DNA of 64,000 nt from Balanoglossus misakiensis (Eukaryota > Animalia > Hemichordata). Position numbers and translations under genes: made by a program. Position 1 is the first letter of the stretch; each line of letters begins with the position of its first letter. The stretch covers positions 15,104,550 through 15,168,549 of the forward strand of contig CM082579.2 of NCBI GenBank assembly GCA_040954595.2, read 5' to 3'. Below are positions 15,001-26,296 of the stretch, one piece after another. The notes beneath the pieces are model-generated. The model saw only the letters and a program-made list of their open reading frames with translations. It searched no databases and was not told where the DNA came from.

Positions 15001-18000
15001 CTTTGTAAAATCACAAAATTTCGGCGATTTTGAAAAAAATCATAGGTTCGTCGATTTTTAAAAAAAAAAACATTGGTGAAAATCATCAAAATTTGACAAA
15101 TTTTCGACTTTGCAAAATCTCAAAATTTCGTCGATTTTTGAAAAAATCATGGGTGAAAATCATCAAAAAATGACAAATTTTCAACTTTGCAAAATCTCAA
15201 AATTTCGTCGATTTTTGAAAAAAAATCATGGTGAAAATCATCAAAAAATGACAAAATTTTCGACTTTGTAAAATCACAAAATTTCGTCGATTTTGAAAAA
15301 AATCATAGGTTCGTCGATTTAAAAAAAAAAAACATTGGTGAAAATCATCAAAAAATGACAAATTTTCGTCTTTGCAAAATCTCAAAATTTCGTCCATTTT
15401 TGAAAAAAATTATGGGTAAAAATCATCAAAAAATGACAAATTTTCGTTTTTGCAAAATCTCAAAATTTCGTCCATTTTAAAAAAAAAAACATGGGGGAAA
15501 ATCATCAAAAAATGACAAATTTTCGACTTTGCAAAATCTCAAAATTTCGTCCATTTTTGAAAAAAAATCATGGGTAAAAATCATCAAAAAATGACAAATT
15601 TTCGTCTTTGCAAAATCTCAAAATTTCGTCCATTTAAAAAAAAACATGGGGGAAAATCATCAAAAAATGACAAATTTTCGACTTTGCAAAATCTCAAAAT
15701 TTCGTCGATTTTGAAAAAAACCATTGGGGGAAAATCATCAAAAAATGACAAATTATCGACTTTGCAAAATCTAACAATTTCGTCGATTTTTGAAAAAAAT
15801 CATGGGCGAAAATCATCAAAAAATTACAAATTTTCGACTTTGCAAAATCTCAAAATTTCGTCGATTTTTGTAAAAAATCATGGGTGAAAATCATCAAAAA
15901 ATGACAAATTTTCGACTTTGCAAAATCTCAAAATTTAGTCGATTTTTGAAAAAAAATCATAGGTGAAAATCATCAAAAAATGACAAATTTTCGACTTTGC
16001 AAAATTTCAAAATTTCGTCAATTTTTGAAAAAAATCAGGGGTAAAAATCATCAAAAAATGACAAATTTTCGTCTTTGCTAAATCTCAAAATTTCGTCGGT
16101 TTTTGAAAAATAATATTGGTGAAAATCATCAAAAAATGACAAATTTTCGATTATGCAAAATCTCAAAATTTCGTCGATTTTTGAAAAAAAATCATGGGTG
16201 AAAATCATCAAAAAATGACAAATTTTCGTCTTTGCAAAATCTCAAAATTTCGTCCATTTTTGAATAAAAATCATGGGTAAAAATCATCAAAAATGACAAA
16301 TTTTCGTCTTTGCAAAATCTCAAATTTTCGTCGATTTTTGAAAAAAAATCATGGTTGAAAATCATCAAAAAATGACAAAATTTTCGACTTTGTAAAATCA
16401 AAAAATTTCGTCGATTTTGAAAAAAATCATAGGTTCGTCGATTTTTAAAAAAAAAACTTGGGTGAAAATCATCAAAAAATGACAAATTTTCGACTTTGCA
16501 AAATCTCAAAATTTCGTCGATTTTTGAAAAAAAATCATGGGTGAAAATTATCAAAAAATGACACATTTTCGATTATGCAAAATCTCAAAATTTCGTCGAT
16601 TTTTGAATAAAAATCATGGGTGAAAATCATCAAAAAATGACAAATTTTCGACTTTGCAAAATCTCAAAATTTCGTCGATTTTTGAAAAAAAATCATGGTG
16701 AAAATCATCAAAAATGACAAATTTTCGTCTTTGCAAAATCTCAAATTTTCGTCGATTTTTGAAAAAAAATCATGGTTGAAAATCATCAAAAAATGACAAA
16801 ATTTTCGACTTTGTAAAATCACAAAATTTCGTCGATTTTGAAAAAAATCATAGGTTCGTCGATTTAAAAAAAAAAACATGGGTGAAAATCATCAAAAAAT
16901 GACAAATTTTCGACTTTGCAAAATCTCAAAATTTCGTCGATTTTTGAAAAAAAATCATGGGTAAAAATCATCAAAAAATGACACATTTTCGATTATGCAA
17001 AATCTCAAAATTTCGTCGATTTTTGAAAAAAAATCATGGGTGAAAATCATGAAAAAATGACACATTTTCGACTTTGAAAAATCTAAAAATTTCGTCGATT
17101 TTTGAAAAAAAATCATGGGTAAAAATCATCAAAAAATGACAAATTTTCGTCTTTGCAAAATCTTAAAATTTCGTCGATTTTTGAAAAAAATCATGGGTGA
17201 AAATCATCAAAAAATGACAAATTTTCGACTTTGCAAAATCTCAAAATTTCGTCAATTTTTGAAAAAATCATGGGTAAAAATCATCAAAAAATGACAAATT
17301 TTCGTCTTTGCTAAATCTCAAAATTTCGTCGGTTTTTTAAAAATAATATGGGTGAAAATCATCAAAAAATGACAAATTTTCGACTTTGCAAAATCTCAAA
17401 ATTTCGTCGATTTTTGAATAAAAATCATGGGTGAAAATCATCAAAAAATGACACATTTTCGACTTTGCAAAATCTGAATATTTCGTCGATTTTTGAAAAA
17501 AAAATCATGGTGAAAATCATCAAAAAATGACAAATTTTCGTCTTTGCAAAATCTTAAAATTTCGTCGATTTTTGAAAAAAATCATGGGTGAAAATCATCA
17601 AAAAATGACAAATTTTCGACTTTGCAAAATCTCAAAATTTCGTCAATTTTTGAAAAAATCATGGGTAAAAATCATCAAAAAATGACAAATTTTCGTCTTT
17701 GCTAAATCTCAAAATTTCGTCGGTTTTTTAAAAATAATATGGGTGAAAATCATCAAAAAATGACAAATTTTCGACTTTGCAAAATCTCAAAATTTCGTCG
17801 ATTTTTGAATAAAAATCATGGGTGAAAATCATCAAAAAATGACACATTTTCGACTTTGCAAAATCTCAATATTTCGTCGATTTTTGAAAAAAAAATCATG
17901 GTGAAAATCATCAAAAAATGACAAATTTTCGTCTTTGCAAAATCTCAAAATTTCGTCCATTTTTGAAAAAAAATCATGGGTAAAAATCATCAAAAAATGA

Positions 18001-20615
18001 CAAATTTTCGTTTTTGCAAAATCTCAAAATTTCGTCCATTTAAAAAAAAAACATGGGGGAAAATCATCAAAAAATGACAAATTTTCGACTTTGCAAAATC
18101 TTAAAATTTCGTCCATTTTTGAAAAAAAATCATGGGTAAAAATCATCAAAAAATGACAAATTTTCGTCTTTGCAAAATCTCAAAATTTTGTCCATTTAAA
18201 AAAAAAAACATGGGGGAAAATCATCAAAAAATGACAAATTTTCGACTTTGCAAAATCTCAAAATTTCGTCGATTTTGAAATAAACCATTGGGGGAAAATC
18301 ATCAAAAAATGACAAATTATCGACTTTGCAGAATCTCACAATTTCGTCGATTTTTGAAAAAAATCATGGGTGAAAATCATCAAAAAATGACAAATTTTCG
18401 ACTTTGCAAAATCTCAAAATTTCGTCAATTTTTGAAAAAATCATGGGTAAAAATCATCAAAAAATGACAAATTTTCGTCTTTGCTAAATCTCAAAATTTC
18501 GTCGGTTTTTTAAAAATAATATGGGTGAAAATCATCAAAAAATGACAAATTTTCGACTTTGCAAAATCTCAAAATTTCGTCGATTTTTGAATAAAAATCA
18601 TGGGTGAAAATCATCAAAAAATGACACATTTTCGACTTTGCAAAATCTCAACATTTCGTCGATTTTTGAAAAAAAAATCATGGTGAAAATCATCAAAAAA
18701 TGACAAATTTTCGTCTTTGCAAAATCTCAAAATTTCGTCCATTTTTGAAAAAAATCATGGGTAAAAATCATCAAAAAATGACAAATTTTCGTTTTTGCAA
18801 AATCTCAAAATTTCGTCCATTTAAAAAAAAAAACATGGGGGAAAATCATCAAAAAATGACAAATTTTCGACTTTGCAAAATCTTAAAATTTCGTCCATTT
18901 TTGAAAAAAAATCATGGGTAAAAATCATCAAAAAATGACAAATTTTCGTCTTTGCGAAATCTCAAAATTTCGTCCATTTAAAAAAAAAACATGGGGGAAA
19001 ATCATCAAAAAATGACAAATTTTCGACTTTGCAAAATCTCAAAATTTCGTCGATTTTGAAATAAACCATTGGGGGAAAATCATCAAAAAATGACAAATTA
19101 TCGACTTTGCAGAATCTCACAATTTCGTCGATTTTTGAAAAAAATCATGGGTGAAAATCATCAAAAAATTACAAATTTTCGACTTTGCAAAATCTCAAAA
19201 TTTCGTCGATTTTTGTAAAAAATCATGGGTGAAAATCATCAAAAAATGACAAATTTTCGACTTTGCAAAATCTCAAAATTTAGTCGATTTTTGAAAAAAA
19301 ATCATAGGTGAAAATCATCAAAAAATGACAAATTTTCGACTTTGCAAAATCTCAAAATTTCGTCAATTTTTGAAAAAAATCAGGGGTAAAAATCATCAAA
19401 AAATGACAAATTTTCGTCTTTGCTAAATCTCAAAATTTCGTCGGTTTTTGAAAAATAATATTGGTGAAAATCATCAAAAAATGACAAATTTTCGACTTTG
19501 CAAAATCTCAAAATTTCGTCCATTTTTGAAAAAAAATCATGGGTAAAAATCATCAAAAAATGACAAATTTTCGTCTTTGCAAAATCTCAAAATTTCGTCC
19601 ATTTTAAAAAAAAAAACATAGGGGAAAATCATCAAAAAATGACAAATTTTCGACTTTGCAAAATCTTAAAATTTCGTCGATTTTGAAAAAAAATAATGGT
19701 TGAAAGTCATCAAAAAATGACAAATTTTCGACTTTGCAAAATCTCAAAATTTCGTCGATTTTTGAAAAAAAATCATGGGTGAAAATCATCAAAAAATGAC
19801 AAATTTTCGTCTTTGCAAAATCTCAAAATTTCGTCCATTTTTGAAAAAAAATCATGGGTAAAAATCATCAAAAAATGACAAATTTTCGTCTTTGCAAAAT
19901 CTCAAAATTTCGTCCATTTTAAAAAAAAAAACATAGGGGAAAATCATCAAAAAATGACAAATTTTCGACTTTGCAAAATCTCAAAATTTCGTCGATTTTG
20001 AAAAAAAATAATGGTTGAAAATCATCAAAAAATGACAAATTTTCGACTTTGCAAAATCTCAAAATTTCGTCGATTTTTGAAAAAAAATCATGGGTGAAAA
20101 TCATCAAAAAATGACAAATTTTCGTCTTTGCAAAATCTCAAAATTTCGTCCATTTTTGAATAAAAATCATGGGTAAAAATCATCAAAAATGACAAATTTT
20201 CGTCTTTGCAAAATCTCAAATTTTCGTCTATTTTTGAAAAAAAATCATGGTTGAAAACCATCAAAAAATGACAAAATTTTCGACTTTGTAAAATCACAAA
20301 ATTTCGTCGATTTTGAAAAAAATCATAGGTTCGTCGATTTTAAAAAAAAAAACATGGGTGAAAATCATCAAAAAATGACAAATTTTCGACTTTGCAAAAT
20401 CTCAAAATTTCGTCGATTTTTGAAAAAAAATCATGGGTGAAAATCATCAAAAAATGACACATTTTCGATTATGCAAAATCTCAAAATTTCGTCGATTTTT
20501 GAAAAAAAATCATGGGTGAAAATCATCAAAAAATGACAAATTTTCGACTTTGCAAAATCTCAAAATTTCGTCGATTTTTGAAAAAAATCATGGGTGAAAA
20601 TCATCAAAAAATGAC
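1..20615. repeat. AT-rich tandem satellite, ~78-79 bp monomer, with variant monomers in higher-order arrangement
   Basis: Consensus CATGGGTGAAAATCATCAAAAAATGACAAATTTTCGACTTTGCAAAATCTCAAAATTTCGTCGATTTTTGAAAAAAAAT repeats without interruption. A recurrent ~29-bp truncated unit (CATAGGTTCGTCGATTTTTAAAA...) is interspersed. The array runs off the left edge. Confidence 0.98.
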
Positions 20616-21650
20616 CATCAACTGAGTATCATTCAAATACTCTGTGCACAGTGGGTAAAGACACATTTGGTTTTTTAGGAGACTTTCATCAGTTGTAGTA
20701 AAATACAACGTGACTACACTATATACACCAATGAGAATGGCCATGTAATTCAGAGAATGCTTGATATTAAAACTGTTTCATAGTTGTGGCCTTTACTGCT
20801 GATAATTAGGTTACCATAGATACAAGCCCAATGCAACGTGACAGGGATAAACATATGCAAAGACAAGATTTAACCCCACCTCCATAATCAAAATACTACC
20901 ACAGAGGGCGCTATACTATATGACCATCAACTGAGTATCATTCAAATACTCTGTGCACAGTGGGTAAAGACACATTTGGTTTTTTAGGAGACTTTCATCA
21001 GTTGTAGTAAAATACAACGTGACTACACTATATACACCAATGAGAATGGCCATGTAATTCAGAGAGTGCTTGATATTAAAACTGTTTCATAGTTGTGGCC
21101 TTTACTGATGATAATTAGGTTACCATAGATAAAAGCCCAATGCAACATGACAGGGATAAACATATGCAAAGACAAGATTTAACCCCACCTCCATAATCAA
21201 TATACTACCACAGAGGGCGCTATACTATATGACCATCAACTGAGTATCATTCAAATACTCTGTGCACAGTGGGTAAAGACACATTTGGTTTTTTAGGAGA
21301 CTTTCACCAGTTGCAGTAAAATACAACGCGACTACACTATATGCACCAATGAGAATGGCCGTGTAATTCAGAGTGCTTGATATTAAAACTGTTTCAAAGC
21401 TGTGGCCTTTACTGCTGATAATTAGGTTACCATAGATACAAGTGGAATGGAACCGGACAGGGATAAACATACAAAGGCTAGGTTAACCCCCCCCCCCCAA
21501 ATACTACCACAGAGGGCGCTATACTGATCATCAAGTCTGTACCATTGAAATAAATCTGTGCAGAATGGGTAAATTAGGCATTTGGTTCTTCAGATTTTCA
21601 TAAGTTGCACTAAAATGCTATGTGGCCCACTACAAGGACAAATAAGTCAA
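20611..21650. repeat. 309-bp tandem repeat, 3 copies plus a degenerate partial 4th
   Basis: ATGACCATCAACTGAGTATCATTC starts at 20611, 20920 and 21229; a diverged copy starts at ~21525. Confidence 0.95.
20898..21521 (+). promoter_or_regulatory. Three CTCF-like motifs ACCACAGAGGGCGCTA (20898-20913, 21207-21222, 21506-21521)
   Basis: Good match to the 3' core of the bilaterian CTCF consensus CCACYAGRKGGCGCTA, with an imperfect 5' end. Function is not shown. Confidence 0.4.
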
Positions 21651-23176
21651 AAATGGCAAATTTGACGTTTACTTTGAGGTTGGCATGGGGCAAACGAGAC
21701 AATACAAGAACACTGAAACTCAATTAGTGAAACACTAAAGTTGTACTTTATTTCTCTAACAAACTTAGAGAAAATTTACATGGCCATCTTTTTACTCAGA
21801 GACCTGATGTTGAATAGAAATGTGGTAGTGCAGGTCCACATGAGTGCCGTGTACTAGCCTCTCTCTCTGCAAATCCATCCACAACTTGCGTGCAGATAGT
21901 GGGAGTCTGATGTAAGCAACTACTGCAGTTACAGTCAGGACGTAAGTGGGATAATTAAACAGCAGGGGATCATGCAATGCAAACACTTGAACTGGCCAGT
22001 AACGTTTGAATTGCTCATTTGCATACAGTTTTTCAACTTTTTTCACAACGAAAGTTAAGCAACTAGCAACCCATTTCTGACAATTATTTCACCCCAGGCA
22101 CATTACTGGTACTATGAGTGTACTACATGTGATTTTTCATGAAGTTTTATCGAGAAGAATTTCTTTACTTCCACTGACAAAATTGTGATCACGAAATTCA
22201 AAGTGACCTTGAAGTTACAAAAAAAAAATATCAGCCATACCCACACAAAAATTAACCCCCTCAGGTTTTAGAAACATTATTAAACTCCTCTATTCATAAT
22301 TTTGACATGAATATATCCATGCCGAGAGTCAAGGACCACAATTTACTGTGCCATAGGTCAGTCCTGAGAAGTCAGTCAGCGTGAATAGTGTATAGACTCC
22401 GTATGTAATATGCTAATGAGAGATAACGACGCGTTGAAAAGGAAGCCATTACGTCATGGGTTAACATGCGTTGACCTACTTCAATGCATACACATATGGC
22501 AAACACGGCTGTACTCGTCGATGGCGAAGGCAATTTTTACACCGTCATTACTCCACAACGGAGCGGCTCACACTATTATAATTTCACGGTAACTTAGTTC
22601 AATATCTTCCTAACCTACCCAATTTTTTTCAAGACAAGAAATCTTTGCCGAGAGTCAAGGACCACAATTTAAACCAACATACCGAAACTGTCTTTCTCGG
22701 GAAAGCGTCGTTAAAACTTCACGAAAAATCATCCTATCATTGACTATGGTGTTTCATACACGTCTTAGAAAAATGGGTGCACTACGATCACTTGTAGTAC
22801 CGAAAATCTCCGTTTGAAAATTTTTCGAACTGGCCGTAACTGCCACTCAGCGACTTTCACATTCAAATAGATCTCTTTGATCTCACCGCCGTAATTACCC
22901 CACTTACGTCCTGACTGGTTAATACTTACAAAGTGTATTACCTCCAACACCCCATGGACGGTATCATGTCATCACCAGTAGCTATAGGTTCTTTTAACAC
23001 CTTGAGAGAAAAAAATGGATTGTTACTGATAGATTACAAAGCACTGACAATACAAGAGTGGGAGGGGTAAGGTTTGTTGAGAGCAGTTGTTTTTTGCTAA
23101 ACATTAGTGAAAATATGAAATTATTGACATGTAGGATTTCAATTTTATGATGTAAGAGTATTTTATAATATCTCAC

Positions 23177-23348
23177 CGGGACTTCAGTTGTCGCTGTAGT
23201 ATTTAACCCAAGTTTAACTGTGCCACCCACGTCCATGCATGGCAAGGTTTTCTCTCCCAAAAGTTTCAGTTTGGTATCCCAGTTACCATCAGTTGCACTT
23301 ACTCCACGCCTTCTAAGTTGAATGCGATTTACCATCACAGGATTCATA
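23177..23348 (-). pseudogene. Degenerate exon of an RPA-like OB-fold gene (minus-strand paralogue of 29757-29963)
   Basis: CACAG acceptor and GTGAG donor. Translation ...RRGVSATDGNWDTKLKLLGEKTLPCMDVGGTVKLGLNTTATTEVP aligns with the 29757-29963 exon; it has a frameshift and an internal deletion. Confidence 0.75.
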
Positions 23349-23834
23349 CTGTGGTGCAAAGACAATTAAAAACATCGATTGTAAGTCATTTAGTAGTGAT
23401 ACCATTGTGACCAAACCTCGTTTTAAAATACATGTAATCTGTACTCGAAACTATCATTTTTTTCTTTCTAGAATATTAGAACGCGCTCAAAAATAAAAAT
23501 GCGACCTGTAAGCGAGTGCCGCGTTTCAATTGGTACTGACGATAAACACCGCCACTCGGAGATAAAATCAACGTTTTTTTTTTTTTTAATGCAAGTGAAC
23601 GCATGGAGGCGGCCATATTGAATTTAGGTTACATCCCAAGACATTCCGACTGGGCTTCAGGTGGATTCGGGAAAGGTCTCTAAAACATAATCGGTCATCC
23701 AATTTTGTATACTAAATTTCTAAAAATGTAGGACATGGGAGGTTAACATACCAACAATGACTACACACAAAAAAGGGCCCAGGCGTTTCGGGGTGCGATT
23801 GTTACGTACCTTAGCTCCATCATCTGCAACCATG

Positions 23835-24072
23835 CAGCCAAGGAGTGGCAGTGAAATTGTGCCTCATTGAGGATACAGTCTAGATCCGGAATTCAGCCAA
23901 CGGCAAACTGTTTAGCGTGCCTTGTATGCAGCAGGATGGCAACGTTCTGGAACTTAAATTCTGGAAAGAAAATCCGAAATAGCTGAACAGATAACAGAAG
24001 AGAGAATACATACAGCTCCGCAACTTTTCCACTGGAAGATATAATACCATTTGCCTCTATGATAGAGCAAAG
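23835..24072 (+). pseudogene. Truncated, frameshifted copy of the first coding exon of the OB-fold gene
   Basis: QGVAVKLCLIED..IRNSANGKLFSVPCMQQDGNVLELKFWKENP...YIQLRNFSTG..NTICLYDRAK followed by a GTATGT donor; homologous to 29141-29339. Confidence 0.75.
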
Positions 24073-24501
24073 GTATGTTATAATCGCACCCCGAAACTTA
24101 TGGGGCCTTTTTTTGCCGTAGTCATTTCGGTCATCTTAACCTCCCATCTTCTGCATTTTTAGAAATTTACTCTACAAAATTGAATGACCCATTACATTTT
24201 AGAGACCTTTCCCGAATTCAACCGAAGCCTAATCGGAAGGTCTTCGGGTGTAATCCAATATGGCAGCCTCCATGCGATCACGTACATTGAAAATCCATTG
24301 ATTTCATCGCCGATTACCGATGTTTATCGTCAATACCGATTCAAACGCGGCACTCGTTTACAAGTCGCATTTATTATTGATCGCGTTCCAATATTTTAAA
24401 CAAACTAGATTACTGATATAAATGCTCAAAATTTTTCCTCCAAATGCCACCTTTACGGATTCAGTCACACAACTTACAGACTACGCCAAACTTTTTTCCA
24501 G

Positions 24502-24642
24502 ATCATACCTTGCGGGCGAAAAGCGATGGATATACCTGAAAAATTTGTAACAGAATTGTATCATCCGCCACAAATAATGATATCAGAAGTCGAGATATCT
24601 CCACAGAAGAAGAGGGTGTGCGTTGTAGGAAAAGTCCATGAT
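24502..24642 (+). pseudogene. Intact-looking internal exon (47 codons, phase 0-0) of the OB-fold gene
   Basis: TTTTTTCCAG acceptor, IIPCGRKAMDIPEKFVTELYHPPQIMISEVEISPQKKRVCVVGKVHD, GTGAGT donor. VxVxGKV is a typical first strand of an OB fold. Confidence 0.75.
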
Positions 24643-26203
24643 GTGAGTACTGTCAAATGTTGCACAAATAGCCGTTAAACCTGAAATATAGATTGAAAGT
24701 GGATATTGTTTTACACAATTTTTGAACATTGAAGTAAAGTATTAGAATGATGGAATCCGATAAAAAAAGTGAGTTGGTAATTTCGGCATCCGACTTCGTT
24801 ATTAAAAATGGAAAGGTTTGCGATTCGGTTCAAGTAGTATTTGCAAGTTTGAAAGGAAATATTTCATTGAAGTACAGTGGCAACTACTGCATTATTGAGA
24901 ATCTTTGAAATGTTGATGAACGGAGACTTATAATAGAATAAATGAAAACCTACCTTTAACGGTGTTAGGGTTACTACACCTGACAGACCGCTGGTCTGCG
25001 TCCGACCGATTCTGAGCTCCTAGCTCTTGTGGAGACATGCGGAGGTACAGCGGGTTAACGGTTAGGAAGTGTTGATGAAAGGAATGATTAATTACATAGG
25101 CCAATCAGGATCCTGGAGTTAGATATTCGAGTGAAATGGTGGAAAAACGGGAATGCCGATTGGTTCAATTTAACCGGAGGGAAATTGCTACATTATATGA
25201 CGTCAGTTGCGAACGATAATGCATATATTAAGCTAAGGTTGAATCCGGTTTTTCCATCAAGCACAAGCATATTTCAGTCATAAAAAAAACGAAGAGAATA
25301 ACACTAAAAAAATATTTCCTTTTTAAAAACTTCACTATAGCATTATTATAATGATGTACGTCGTACATAAAATGATACACGTGACATCGACTTGTTCAGA
25401 GTTTTAAAACAGGTAGAGAGTGCCCATGGGTAACCCGAAAACACACAAACCGGGTAAAAAATGAAAGTCCTGCGAAGGCCAGGAGTATACACTGAAAAAT
25501 TACAATAAATCTAGTACAAAAGTTTGTATCCTCACGAATAATTAACTCTGATTGCATAAGTTTATTTCCGTCTCATTACCTTCTGAAAGCAAATCACTCA
25601 CTGGCCGGTAAAAGTTGAGTAAAATACTACATCTAAACTGCATAGCGATGGCGGCCCATAAAAATAATTGCCCAGTGTCCCACTCGCAATGCACAACTTT
25701 TTAGGCCAAGTGCTAATGATATTCGAATTTTCGAAGGTTACGCAATATACACATACATGTATAAATATTAATTTATGAACAATTTCCAGTGTTCACGCTG
25801 GGATTTCTTTCGTTCTAGTTTACTCGTTATATAATGTACCAATTCCCTCCGGTAAGTTGAGCCGATTCCCATCACTTTGAGCCAATCGATATTCATGGTT
25901 TTTCAGCATTTCAGTCGACTATATTTACACCTGTTGCATGTCTTTGCAGTTTTTGACTTGACGCTTACAACCGAGTCGCACCGCACGCAGTACTATCTTG
26001 TTGTCTTCATGTTTAGTTGTTGTTTTGCGCACACTATTTGCACAAAAATATCTGCTCGTTTTGTTATCAACGATCGAGTATATGTTAGGAAGTCCGACAT
26101 AGAGAACTTTGTTCTAAATATTCAATGCCCCACAAATGATATACTTGACTGCTCGACACAACACACCCCAGCCATACTCCATTAGTACACGCCACAAACA
26201 CCG

Positions 26204-26296
26204 TATTTATACAGCCTGAGGGATTTCAGCTTCGAACTTATTGCCCAATCATATTCGACTATTTCCAACCAATCCCCTTCTGACTAATTGACCAAT
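26204..26296 (-). promoter_or_regulatory. Pol II promoter-like cluster: TATAAATA plus three CCAAT boxes (second copy ~2065 bp downstream)
   Basis: TATTTATA at 26204-26211; CCAAT at 26245, 26269 and 26292 (23-24 bp spacing). Confidence 0.45.

Noticed and set aside
513-20297. Dozens of 60-124 aa F/K/D-rich ORFs
   Set aside because: They are translations of the ~78-bp satellite monomer, with no coding signal.
1-20615. CENP-B box in the TTCG-rich monomer
   Set aside because: The required TTCG....A..CGGG pattern is not present in the consensus monomer.
1-21650. CRISPR-like regular repeats
   Set aside because: There are no unique spacers and no cas genes, and the context is eukaryotic.
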